A DNA stretch of 64,000 nt, from the NCBI GenBank assembly GCA_022703055.1, contig JAKLEP010000001.1, positions 26,850-90,849 on the forward strand, read 5' to 3'. The first letter of the stretch is position 1. Every line of letters begins with the position of its first letter. Both the position numbers and the translations under genes were made by a program. This DNA is from Candidatus Omnitrophota bacterium. Its GTDB lineage: Bacteria; Omnitrophota; Gorgyraeia; VGKH01. Positions 34,299-43,061 of this stretch are shown in pieces. The notes below the pieces were generated by a model. The model saw nothing but the letters and a program-made list of their open reading frames with translations, was not told the origin of the DNA and made no database searches.

Positions 34299-34311
34299 CA
34301 AGGAGATAGTT

Positions 34312-35487
34312 TTGAGCGAGCAAATAGTAACTACTGTACAAGAAGTTCAATTAGTTGTCCCGCAAAGAAAGAGTTTCCTGGAATACCAACAGATTCCTCT
34401 TTGGAAAGATGTTCCGCTTGAGCAATGGGAGGATTGGCATTGGCAGGTCAAGAATCGTATAAGAGATAGAGAACAGCTCGCGCAGATAATCAAGCTTACA
34501 CCCGAGGAAGATGAAGGTATCAAGAAATCCAACGGTCGCCTTGCAATGGCTATTACGCCATACTGGGCATCCTTGATGGATCCCAATGATCCTAATTGTC
34601 CGATCAGGCGGCAGGCAGTTCCTTTAAAAGAAGAGTTCATGGATTCGCCGCATGAGTTGACCGATCCTTGCGCGGAGGATAGGGATTCTCCGGTTCCCGG
34701 AGGATTAGTCCATCGCTATCCCGACAGGGTACTTTTATTGATTACCGATCAATGCGGCATGTATTGCCGTCATTGCACCCGTCGGCGCATGGTCGGAGAA
34801 AAAAGACAGGCCGCATTATCTTCGCAAAAACTAGACCAGGCAATAGAGTATATCAAGTCAAACCGCAAGGTGAGGGATGTTTTGATTTCCGGCGGAGATC
34901 CTTTTATGCTTGAAGACGAGGCATTGGAAGACGTGATTATTAAGATTCGTGCCATAGGCCACGTAGAATTCTTGCGTATCGGCACGCGCCTTCCTATCAG
35001 CCTACCGCAGAGGATAACTCCGGAACTAGTAGCCATGCTTAAAAAATATGCTCCGATATGGCTAAGCCTGCATGTAAATCATCCTAAAGAGATAACAAAA
35101 CGTTCCAAAATTGCTTTGGACATGCTCGCCGATGCAGGCATGCCTTTAGGGAGCCAGACGGTTTTGCTTAAAGGCATCAATGACAGGCCGTACGCGATGA
35201 AGAAATTAATGCAGGAACTGCTTAAAGTCAGGGTAAGGCCATATTATATTTATCAGTGCGATCCGGCAAAGGGCACTAGCCATTTCCGGACACCGATAGC
35301 GGTGGGGATAAATATTATTGAGAAGTTACGAGGCCATACTTCAGGGTACGCCGTTCCTACTTATGTAATTGATGCTCCGGGCGGAGGCGGCAAGATTCCT
35401 GTCGGGCCTAATTACGTGCTTTCTCAGGCCAAGGGAAGGTATACATTAAGAAATTACCGCGGCAAAATTTATACCTATCTAGAGTAG
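34312..35487 (+). CDS. kamA: KamA family radical SAM aminomutase (lysine 2,3-aminomutase-like)
   Basis: 391 aa with a TTG start after AAGGAGA. It has the CGMYCRHCTRR radical SAM cluster motif, SGGDP and overall KamA-like features. Confidence 0.85.
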   Translation: MSEQIVTTVQEVQLVVPQRKSFLEYQQIPLWKDVPLEQWEDWHWQVKNRIRDREQLAQIIKLTPEEDEGIKKSNGRLAMAITPYWASLMDPNDPNCPIRRQAVPLKEEFMDSPHELTDPCAEDRDSPVPGGLVHRYPDRVLLLITDQCGMYCRHCTRRRMVGEKRQAALSSQKLDQAIEYIKSNRKVRDVLISGGDPFMLEDEALEDVIIKIRAIGHVEFLRIGTRLPISLPQRITPELVAMLKKYAPIWLSLHVNHPKEITKRSKIALDMLADAGMPLGSQTVLLKGINDRPYAMKKLMQELLKVRVRPYYIYQCDPAKGTSHFRTPIAVGINIIEKLRGHTSGYAVPTYVIDAPGGGGKIPVGPNYVLSQAKGRYTLRNYRGKIYTYLE

Positions 35488-35581
35488 CTATCCCAAAAGT
35501 GTTTTATTCTTTCCTTAATATATATCTACTTAAGACAGACTATAACCAATTAACCTCATTCTTTAGTAAGGAGTCAAGCTT

Positions 35582-35896
35582 ATGAAGAAATGCAAAAGCT
35601 GTAACGTTCCTTTGGAAGGCGTCTTAGGCAAGGTGGCGAATAAATTATTTAGAGTCGAGCCTTCGAAAAATGATTCGAACATCTGCAACAAATGCGCAGA
35701 AAACAAGCCAAGGCAATATAAATGCCAGATATGCGAGCGCATGATCGACGAAAAGGTCGCCCTCTCCCACGCCAAGGCAGAAGAATATATAATCAGCCTG
35801 ATAAAAAAAGAGCATCCCGAGTGGCAGAAAAATAAAGAGACCTGCCAGGAATGCCTGGATTATTACAGAAAATTAGTTAAGGAAACAGAAATATAA
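35582..35896 (+). CDS. Hypothetical zinc-ribbon protein
   Basis: 104 aa with four CxxC pairs (CKSC, CNKC, CQIC, CQEC) and an AAGGAG SD upstream. Confidence 0.4.
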   Translation: MKKCKSCNVPLEGVLGKVANKLFRVEPSKNDSNICNKCAENKPRQYKCQICERMIDEKVALSHAKAEEYIISLIKKEHPEWQKNKETCQECLDYYRKLVKETEI

Positions 35897-35913
35897 GGGG
35901 AGGGGGATAGATA

Positions 35914-36111
35914 GTGAAAGGCAGGGTTAAGTGGTATAGCGACAAGAAAAATTACGGTTTTATCACCGGAGAAGATGGGAAAGATGTCTTTGTACATCAG
36001 TCGGTATTAACCAGCGCCAATGTATCATCATTACAAGAAGGACAGGAAATAGAATTTGAAGCAAAAGACTCACCCAAAGGTCCGCAGGTTACCAGCATAA
36101 AATTATTGTGA
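35914..36111 (+). CDS. Cold-shock protein (CspA family)
   Basis: 65 aa with a GTG start after GGAGGGGG. It carries RNP1-like and RNP2-like motifs (KWYSDKKNYGFI, VFVHQS). Confidence 0.85.
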   Translation: MKGRVKWYSDKKNYGFITGEDGKDVFVHQSVLTSANVSSLQEGQEIEFEAKDSPKGPQVTSIKLL

Positions 36112-36206
36112 TAGTTCTGCTGTAATTATCGTTTTCTGCTATAATAAGCTTATATTTTTCGTGTTTTTCCCTCATATTTATATAAGAAAATTCATTTTAG
36201 AATTTC

Positions 36207-36235
36207 TTGACGTACAATTATTTTTTTCATATAAT
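36207..36235 (+). promoter_or_regulatory. Candidate sigma70 promoter upstream of the EF-G-like gene
   Basis: TTGACG, a 17-nt spacer, then TATAAT. It lies 33 nt before the ATG at 36268. Confidence 0.5.
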
Positions 36236-36267
36236 ACCCTTACCTTTCTTAAGACCGGAGAAATAAA

Positions 36268-38223
36268 ATGGATGCAAAATTAAAACGTAATTTTATCCTG
36301 ATGGGCCATGCTCAGGCAGGCAAGACTTCCTTTTCTGAAAGCATCTTAAATTTCTGCAAAGCCTCCTCTCGTAAAGGCAGCGTCGCAGAAGGCAATACCG
36401 TAAGCGACTATAGCGAAGACGAGATAGAGAGAAAAATCTCCATAAGCTCAAGCCTTCTGACCTTTAAATACAATAATTATCAGATTCAGATTATTGATTC
36501 TCCCGGATACGCGGATTTTGTGGGAGAAGTTATTTCTAGCGCCCGGGCTGTCGATAGCGCTGCGATAGTTATAGACGCGGTATCTGGGATAGAAGTAGGA
36601 ACCGAGAAGGCCTGGGAAATCGCGGATTCACTTAGGCTGCCGAGAATTTTCTTTATCAACAAGATAGAGAAGGAAAACGCAAGCCCCGACAGCATTATAG
36701 CAGAAATCAAAGATCGGTTTTCGAAAAAAGCGGTTTTAGTTGAATCGCTTGATTCATCTGATCTTATTGAGGCTGTAGCCGAAACCGACGATAAATTGTT
36801 GGAAAAATACTTAGAGAGCGGTTCGCTCTCAAAAGAAGAATTGCTGCCGGCATTAAAAAATGCCATAATTAACTGCAAGGTTTATCCTATCATCAAAGGC
36901 TCTGCCGCAAATGATAAGGGCATTCAGGAGTTGATGCAGGTAGTTTTGGATTATTGCCCCAGTCCTTTAGAGCGGCCAACCCTAAAAGCTAAAGATTCCA
37001 AGACAGGAGAGGAAAAACAGGTAAAGATATCAGAATCTAGCGATTTTTGTGCTTTTGTATTTAAAACCATAGCCGATCCTTATGTCGGACAGCTTACAAT
37101 GATAAGGATATTTTCCGGAATGTTGGCATCCAATACCGCTTTTTACAATGTGAGCAAGTCTCTAAAAGAAAGAATCGGCCAGATTTATCTGGTGCACGGG
37201 AAAGAACAGCGGGCAGTTGAATCCGCAAACTGCGGCGATATTATCGCCTTGGCTAAACTTAAGGATACAACTACGTCTGATTCTTTGGCTACCGAACAAA
37301 ACCCAATTCTATTTGATGAGATAAAATTTCCCGAGCCGGCGATTTCATCATCGGTAAAGCCGCGTTCCCGTCAGGATGAGGAAAGAATTTCGGCCAGTCT
37401 TGCAAAACTTACCGTCGAGGATCCCACATTTAAGGTTTCGCGGGATATCCAGACAAAGGAGCAGATAATTTCCGGAATCGGAGATGTACATCTGGATGTG
37501 ATGATCGGAAGATTAAAAAAACGTTTTAATGTAGAAGTTGATTTGGGAACCCCTAAGGTTGCCTATAAAGAGACAATTACCAAGGCTGCCAGAGTCCAGG
37601 GAAAATATAAAAAGCAATCCGGCGGCAGGGGCCAATATGGAGACGTTTGGATTGAAATAGAGCCTTTGCCCCGCGGTGAAGAATTTGAATTTGTGGATAA
37701 GATTTTCGGAGGTGCGATCCCCCGCAATTATATTCCGTCCGTAGAAAAAGGCGTGAGAAAAGCAATGGCCGAAGGAGCTATTTCGGGTAATCCTTTGGTC
37801 GGTGTCAGGGTCACTTTGGTTGACGGTTCTTATCATACCGTAGATTCATCTGATATCGCTTTTCAAATCGCGGGAAGAATGGCTTTAAGAAAGGCCGTCC
37901 AGGAAGCAGGGCCGGTCCTACTGGAGCCGATTATGGAAGTAGAGGTATTTGTTCCGGATGAATTTATGGGACATATTACCGGCGACCTGAATTCCCGCCG
38001 TGGCAGAATCATGGGCATGGATTCAAAAGGCAAGCTTCAGGTTGTCAAGGCCACAGTTCCTTTGTCAGAGATGTTTAGCTACGCCTCGGATTTGCGTTCC
38101 CTTACCGGGGGAAGAGGCAGCTATGCGATGAAATTTTTTGCTTATGAACAGGTTCCCCAAAAAATCGCTTCCACCATTATAGCCCAGGCACAAGCAGCTA
38201 AAAAAGAAGAACAAGAAGAATAA
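36268..38223 (+). CDS. Elongation factor G paralog (divergent G1 motif)
   Basis: 651 aa with the EF-G domain order and motifs DSPGYADF, NKIEKE and SGGRGQYG. The P-loop is GHAQAGKTS rather than the canonical AHIDAGKTT, and the protein is shorter than typical EF-G. Confidence 0.75.
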   Translation: MDAKLKRNFILMGHAQAGKTSFSESILNFCKASSRKGSVAEGNTVSDYSEDEIERKISISSSLLTFKYNNYQIQIIDSPGYADFVGEVISSARAVDSAAIVIDAVSGIEVGTEKAWEIADSLRLPRIFFINKIEKENASPDSIIAEIKDRFSKKAVLVESLDSSDLIEAVAETDDKLLEKYLESGSLSKEELLPALKNAIINCKVYPIIKGSAANDKGIQELMQVVLDYCPSPLERPTLKAKDSKTGEEKQVKISESSDFCAFVFKTIADPYVGQLTMIRIFSGMLASNTAFYNVSKSLKERIGQIYLVHGKEQRAVESANCGDIIALAKLKDTTTSDSLATEQNPILFDEIKFPEPAISSSVKPRSRQDEERISASLAKLTVEDPTFKVSRDIQTKEQIISGIGDVHLDVMIGRLKKRFNVEVDLGTPKVAYKETITKAARVQGKYKKQSGGRGQYGDVWIEIEPLPRGEEFEFVDKIFGGAIPRNYIPSVEKGVRKAMAEGAISGNPLVGVRVTLVDGSYHTVDSSDIAFQIAGRMALRKAVQEAGPVLLEPIMEVEVFVPDEFMGHITGDLNSRRGRIMGMDSKGKLQVVKATVPLSEMFSYASDLRSLTGGRGSYAMKFFAYEQVPQKIASTIIAQAQAAKKEEQEE

Positions 38224-38233
38224 TTAGACACAA

Positions 38234-38935
38234 GTGAAAGTAGCAGTTTACGGCATCCCAGACTTTCCTTTTGGAAAGAAAAATCTTCCCGATGAGCGAT
38301 TAGACCAGCTTAAGGATCTCTTCCGCGCTCCAAAAATAGTTTATATCTCAATAGAATTCCTCGACGAATCCCGTCTGCCGGAAGCCGACGGCATAATCTG
38401 TATGCAAAACAAAAAGACCGATTTGGTTTTGTTGGATTTGGAGATTGTTGAGCGCAGGCTGAATCAAATCGAAGATGAGAAAGAAAAGGTTTTGTTTTTA
38501 CGCTGCCAGGCAGAATTAGAAAAAGAGATTTTTTTGAATGCTATTAACCTGAGCCCCGAAGAGAAAGCAGTATTGGCAAATTCAGGTTTTAATACCATGA
38601 AACCAGTTTTGGTCGTTTCGAATGATAACGCCAGCAATCATAAAGCGATTTTTAAAGATATATATGCATTGATGGGTTATATTTCTTTTTATTCAGCCTG
38701 CAATAAAGAAGTGCATGCCTGGTCGATAAAAAACGGGACAAAGGCAGTGGAGGCCGCAGGAGTTATCCATTCCGATCTTCAGAGAGGTTTTATAAAAGCA
38801 GAAGTTGTTTCTTCTGAAGCGGTTCTTAGCTCCGGAGGGATAAACCAGGCAAAATCAAAAGGTGCAGAGCATCTTGAAGATAAAGAATATATCGTAAAAG
38901 ATGGAGATATAATTAGTGTCAGGTTTAACGTTTAG
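38234..38935 (+). CDS. YchF C-terminal (DUF933/TGS-like) domain protein lacking a recognisable P-loop
   Basis: 233 aa with a GTG start. The C-terminus HSDLQRGFIKAEVV..EYIVKDGDIISVRFNV matches the YchF C-terminal domain. I see no GxxxxGKS/T motif in the N-terminal half. Confidence 0.4.
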   Translation: MKVAVYGIPDFPFGKKNLPDERLDQLKDLFRAPKIVYISIEFLDESRLPEADGIICMQNKKTDLVLLDLEIVERRLNQIEDEKEKVLFLRCQAELEKEIFLNAINLSPEEKAVLANSGFNTMKPVLVVSNDNASNHKAIFKDIYALMGYISFYSACNKEVHAWSIKNGTKAVEAAGVIHSDLQRGFIKAEVVSSEAVLSSGGINQAKSKGAEHLEDKEYIVKDGDIISVRFNV

Positions 38936-38949
38936 AAAGGAGTAGTTTA

Positions 38950-40512
38950 ATGATTAAGGTTCAACGTGCATTGATTAGCGTATCGGATAAAGCGGGGATC
39001 TTGGAATTGGCAAAAGTCCTAAATGATATAAAAGTTGAGATTCTTTCAACTGGCGGGACAGCAAAGCTTTTCAGAGAAAACGGAATAGCCGTAAAAGAAG
39101 TCTCTGAGCATACCGGTTTTCCTGAAATGCTCGACGGAAGAGTAAAGACTTTGCATCCTATGATTCACGGAGGGTTGCTCGCAGTAAGAGATAATCCCGA
39201 ACATATGGAACAGATAAAGAAGCACGGCATTAAGCTTATCGATATGGTCGTAGTCAACCTTTATCCGTTTGAGAAGACCGTGGCCAAGAAAAATATCGAA
39301 CTGGCTGAAGCCATTGAAAATATCGATATTGGCGGGCCTTCGATGCTACGCTCTGCGGCGAAGAATTACAGAAGTGTCGCGGTTATCTGCAATCCTAACC
39401 GCTATAAAGAAGTAATAACCGAACTTAAAAATAATAACGGCATGCTTTCTGATACGCTATTGAGAGATTTAGCGGTTGAAGTTTTCGAGCGCACTTCTGC
39501 CTACGACGGCGCGATTTATAATTTCTTGAATAGCCGGCTTAAAACCGCTACTGCAATATCAGAAGTCTTGCCCAAGGATTTAAATTTAAGTTTTACCAAG
39601 GTTCAGGATTTACGTTACGGAGAAAATCCTCACCAAAAGGCGGCCTTTTATGCAGATATGAAATCCGGCGGAGGTCTCCCCAAAGCCAAACAGCTGCACG
39701 GCAAAGAGCTTTCTTTTAATAATATTCTTGATTTAAATGCCGCTTTGGAGATTGCAGGCGATTTTGATGAGCCGGCAGCGGTTGTTATTAAACATAATAA
39801 TCCTTGCGGTGTTGCCACAGCAAAGACTTTGGAAAAAGCATTCAAGGATGCTCATGCTTGCGATAAGCTCTCAGCTTTTGGCGGGATAATCGGCTTGAAT
39901 AAGAAAGTAGACAATGCCACCGCCGAGGCAATCGCAAAAAGCGGTTTTATGGAATGTATAATCGCTCCCGAATATGAAGAAGGGGCGCTAAAAATATTAA
40001 AAGAAAAAAGCAAAAATATACGTATCCTAGAGTTGCCACAAGACGGTGCTGTTGAACAGTCAGATTTTAAGAAGGTTAAAGGCGGATTGCTTGTCCAGGA
40101 TAAAGATACCAAGAAATTAGATATTAAAGATTTAAAATATGTCACCAAAAAGAAACCAAGCAAAGCAGAATTGGATTCTCTCCTTTTTGCCTGGAAGGTG
40201 GCAAAGCATGTAAAGTCCAACGCTATTGTCCTGGCAAAGGGCACCAAGACTGTTGGAATTGGACCGGGCCAGACTAGCCGTGTCGAGAGCGTAATTATCG
40301 CCACCAGAAAAGCCGGCAAACTTGCAAATGGCTCAGTCCTTGCCTCAGATGCATTCTTTCCCAAAGAGGATGCAGTACAGCAAATTGCCAAGTCCAAGAT
40401 AAAGGCTATAATTCAGCCAGGCGGTTCTATCGCTGATGAGCAAATTATAAAAGAATCCGATAAGGCCAAAATTTCTATGGTTTTTACCGGGATGAGGCAT
40501 TTCAAACACTAA
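38950..40512 (+). CDS. purH: Bifunctional AICAR transformylase / IMP cyclohydrolase
   Basis: 520 aa. ALISVSDK, GRVKTLHP, VVNLYPF and the C-terminal FTGMRHFKH are classic PurH motifs. Confidence 0.95.
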   Translation: MIKVQRALISVSDKAGILELAKVLNDIKVEILSTGGTAKLFRENGIAVKEVSEHTGFPEMLDGRVKTLHPMIHGGLLAVRDNPEHMEQIKKHGIKLIDMVVVNLYPFEKTVAKKNIELAEAIENIDIGGPSMLRSAAKNYRSVAVICNPNRYKEVITELKNNNGMLSDTLLRDLAVEVFERTSAYDGAIYNFLNSRLKTATAISEVLPKDLNLSFTKVQDLRYGENPHQKAAFYADMKSGGGLPKAKQLHGKELSFNNILDLNAALEIAGDFDEPAAVVIKHNNPCGVATAKTLEKAFKDAHACDKLSAFGGIIGLNKKVDNATAEAIAKSGFMECIIAPEYEEGALKILKEKSKNIRILELPQDGAVEQSDFKKVKGGLLVQDKDTKKLDIKDLKYVTKKKPSKAELDSLLFAWKVAKHVKSNAIVLAKGTKTVGIGPGQTSRVESVIIATRKAGKLANGSVLASDAFFPKEDAVQQIAKSKIKAIIQPGGSIADEQIIKESDKAKISMVFTGMRHFKH

Positions 40513-40530
40513 ATTCGTCTTAAAAATATT

Positions 40531-40923
40531 ATGGAAGAAATCAATACTCCTTTTGAGAAGTTATTAAAGATGTATTTTGTGGAAAAGGGGCAAGGTTTCT
40601 GCAAGATAGGCATTTCCTACCGGGATGAACTGACTAATCCCCATGGTTTTTATCACGGTGGAGCAATTTCAGGCTTGATTGATACCGCCACTGTCCATGG
40701 CCTAAGAACAATCTTCCCAAAAGGCCCGTATTATACCGTTGATTTAAGTATCCGTTATAAAAATCCCAGCAATGCCCAGGAAATCTTTGCCGAGGCAAGA
40801 CCCAAACACCTAAAGGGCAAGTTCTTTAAGACAGAAGTAGAAGTTAAAGACCACGCCGATAATCTCATCGCCGAGGCAGAGGTAAAGTCGTTTCTTCCGA
40901 ACTATGACGGAAGGTCGCTTTAA
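40531..40923 (+). CDS. PaaI/hotdog-fold thioesterase
   Basis: 130 aa. NPHGFYHGGAISGLIDTA is typical of PaaI-type thioesterases. Confidence 0.7.
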   Translation: MEEINTPFEKLLKMYFVEKGQGFCKIGISYRDELTNPHGFYHGGAISGLIDTATVHGLRTIFPKGPYYTVDLSIRYKNPSNAQEIFAEARPKHLKGKFFKTEVEVKDHADNLIAEAEVKSFLPNYDGRSL

Positions 40924-40964
40924 AACAAAATAAGTAGACAGAAAAAAGAATTTTAAAATTATTC

Positions 40965-40992
40965 TTGACAAATGATACCATTGTGGTATCAT
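40965..40992 (+). promoter_or_regulatory. Candidate promoter with embedded perfect palindrome, a likely Rrf2 operator
   Basis: TTGACA (40965-40970), a 16-nt spacer, then TATCAT (40987-40992). The palindrome TGATACCA-TTG-TGGTATCA (40973-40991) fills the spacer and the -10 element. Confidence 0.45.
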
Positions 40993-41017
40993 TAGACTAG
41001 AAATAAGGAGGTTAAAT

Positions 41018-41098
41018 ATGTGGACAAAAAGATATATGTTGCGCGCAATCGCGCACTGCAAAGAGGGTTGCAGTAGTTTGTCCTGGGCACGACGTTAA
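41018..41098 (+). CDS. Candidate 26-aa leader peptide / small ORF
   Basis: AAGGAGG lies 7 nt upstream of the ATG. My translation is MWTKRYMLRAIAHCKEGCSSLSWARR. It is below the ORF track cutoff and is followed by the hairpin TGGGCA..TGCCCA. Confidence 0.3.
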   Translation: MWTKRYMLRAIAHCKEGCSSLSWARR

Positions 41099-41145
41099 AC
41101 TGCCCAAACCTGTTTTTATTTATGCTTATTAATTAAGGAGACTAA

Positions 41146-41556
41146 ATGAAATTGATTACCAGAGATACGGATTATGCAATAAGGGCGTTACGTTATATCG
41201 CGGCCCATAAAGACAGTATAGTTTCTGTGGCAGAATTGGTAGATAGGCTAAAAATCCCTAGGCCGTTTTTAAGGAAGCTTTTGCAGATATTGAATAAGGA
41301 AGGCTTGCTGGAATCTATCAAGGGTCAGGGCGGAGGGTTTAGATTGTGTTGTTCTGCGCGGAAGATATATTTAGTCGATTTAATGAAGATATTCCAGGGA
41401 GATTTAACGCTTAACGAATGCAGATTTAAGAAATTATTATGTCCTAATACTAAAACATGCTTATTAAGGAAAAGGCTGAATCGGATTGAAAAATATGTCA
41501 TCAAAGAATTAAAATCCATTACTTTGGCATCATTAATAGGAGAAGCCGATGAGTAA
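41146..41556 (+). CDS. Rrf2 family transcriptional regulator (three-Cys cluster-binding type)
   Basis: 136 aa. MKLITRDTDYAIRAL is an Rrf2 wHTH N-terminus. The Cys triad in the ECRFKKLLCPNTKTC region resembles IscR/NsrR-like Fe-S ligands. Confidence 0.85.
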   Translation: MKLITRDTDYAIRALRYIAAHKDSIVSVAELVDRLKIPRPFLRKLLQILNKEGLLESIKGQGGGFRLCCSARKIYLVDLMKIFQGDLTLNECRFKKLLCPNTKTCLLRKRLNRIEKYVIKELKSITLASLIGEADE

Positions 41557-42388
41557 AAGAACAATAATCAAAATCGATGAAAAGAAATGCACGGGTTGCG
41601 GCTTATGTATCCCCAACTGCCCTGAGGGTGCACTGCAGATTATCGACGGTAAGGCGCGCCTGATTAGTGATTTATTTTGCGACGGTCTTGGCGCATGTAT
41701 TGGCCATTGTCCAGAAGGGGCGATTACAAAGGAAGAAAGAGAGGCCGAGCCCTATAATGAGAAAAAAGTTATGGATAATATTATAAAACAAGGCAAAAAC
41801 ACCATAATTGCCCATTTAAAACACCTTAAAGAGCATAATGAGACAGAGTATTTTCAGCAGGCAGTTGAGGTATTGAAAAAGAAAAATATTGAAATACCGC
41901 ATGAGGCGATCTCTGGGGGACACGGGCCGCTGCCTTGCGGCTGTCCGGGGACAATGGTTCAAGATTTTAATGCCCCAGACAAGAAAGACAAACCAAAACC
42001 CGCAAAAACCGGATTAATACAGTCGCAGCTTAGGCAGTGGCCGGTGCAGATCAATCTTGTCCCGCCTTTTGCGCCGTATCTTAATAACGCAGACTTGCTT
42101 ATTGCCGCCGATTGCGTCCCATTTGCTTATGCGGATTTCCATAACGAATTATTAAAAGGAAAAACTTTGCTTGTGGGATGTCCCAAACTTGACGATATTG
42201 CCGCGTACGAAGATAAATTCGATCAGATTTTTAAGAACAATAATATAAAATCCGTGACTTATGCCCGGATGGAGGTGCCCTGTTGTTTCGGGATGGTTCC
42301 GGCGATAAAAAAGGCGATTGCCGCTTCAGGCAAGGCAATTCCCTTGGAAGAATTAGTTATAAGCATAAAGGGTGAGAAGGTAAAATGA
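41549..42388 (+). CDS. 4Fe-4S dicluster domain protein
   Basis: 279 aa. It has two ferredoxin-like motifs (CTGCGLCIPNCP and CDGLGACIGHCP) and a Cys-containing C-terminal domain of unknown function. Confidence 0.6.
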   Translation: MSKRTIIKIDEKKCTGCGLCIPNCPEGALQIIDGKARLISDLFCDGLGACIGHCPEGAITKEEREAEPYNEKKVMDNIIKQGKNTIIAHLKHLKEHNETEYFQQAVEVLKKKNIEIPHEAISGGHGPLPCGCPGTMVQDFNAPDKKDKPKPAKTGLIQSQLRQWPVQINLVPPFAPYLNNADLLIAADCVPFAYADFHNELLKGKTLLVGCPKLDDIAAYEDKFDQIFKNNNIKSVTYARMEVPCCFGMVPAIKKAIAASGKAIPLEELVISIKGEKVK

Positions 42389-42627
42389 TTTTTGAATGCC
42401 CAGGAGCAAAAGATCTAAAAAGACCAAAGCCGGAGGAAATAATTTGTCCTTCTTGCGGAGAAGCTGTAGAGATTTGGACAGATGAAACCGAAGCTAAATG
42501 CCCAAAATGCAAAAAAGTCATCACCCGCAAGCAGGATTTGAGTTGCCTTGAATGGTGCAAATACGCCAAAGAGTGCGTAGGCGAAGAGATTTACAGTAAA
42601 TACTTTAAAAATAAAAAGCAGAATTGA
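42385..42627 (+). CDS. Hypothetical Cys-rich zinc-ribbon protein
   Basis: 80 aa. It has CPSC..CPKC plus the additional motif CLEWC..C. An ATGA overlap with the upstream gene suggests translational coupling. Confidence 0.4.
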   Translation: MIFECPGAKDLKRPKPEEIICPSCGEAVEIWTDETEAKCPKCKKVITRKQDLSCLEWCKYAKECVGEEIYSKYFKNKKQN

Positions 42628-42707
42628 CGTATAGTCGATATTTTGTCGGCAGTTGATAATTGTTGAATAAAATACTTTTTAGGGTAAAATAAGGAGTTGC
42701 CATTCCT

Positions 42708-43061
42708 ATGGGTGAAGAGTTAGCCAATAAAAAATGTGTTCCTTGCGAAGGCGGCACATTGCCTATGTCAGAAGATGAAGCCCATCGTTATATGAGCCAG
42801 GTCATGGGTTGGCAGATAATCGAAGACAAAAAAATCAAAAAAGAATTCCAATTCAACGACTTTAAAGGTTCTTTGGATTTCGTGAATAAAGTCGGCGCTT
42901 TGGCAGAAGAAGAAAAACATCACCCGAATATCACAATAATTTACAATAAGGTAAACATAACTTTGTCAACGCATGCCATCGGCGGGTTGTCCGAGAACGA
43001 TTTTATTATGGCAGCTAAAATCGACCAGTTAAATAAACATAATGAAGACAATAAAAGCTAA
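42708..43061 (+). CDS. Pterin-4a-carbinolamine dehydratase (PCD/DCoH)
   Basis: 117 aa. The EEEKHHPNITIIYNKVNITLSTH motif (HHP..H) is characteristic. Confidence 0.8.
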   Translation: MGEELANKKCVPCEGGTLPMSEDEAHRYMSQVMGWQIIEDKKIKKEFQFNDFKGSLDFVNKVGALAEEEKHHPNITIIYNKVNITLSTHAIGGLSENDFIMAAKIDQLNKHNEDNKS

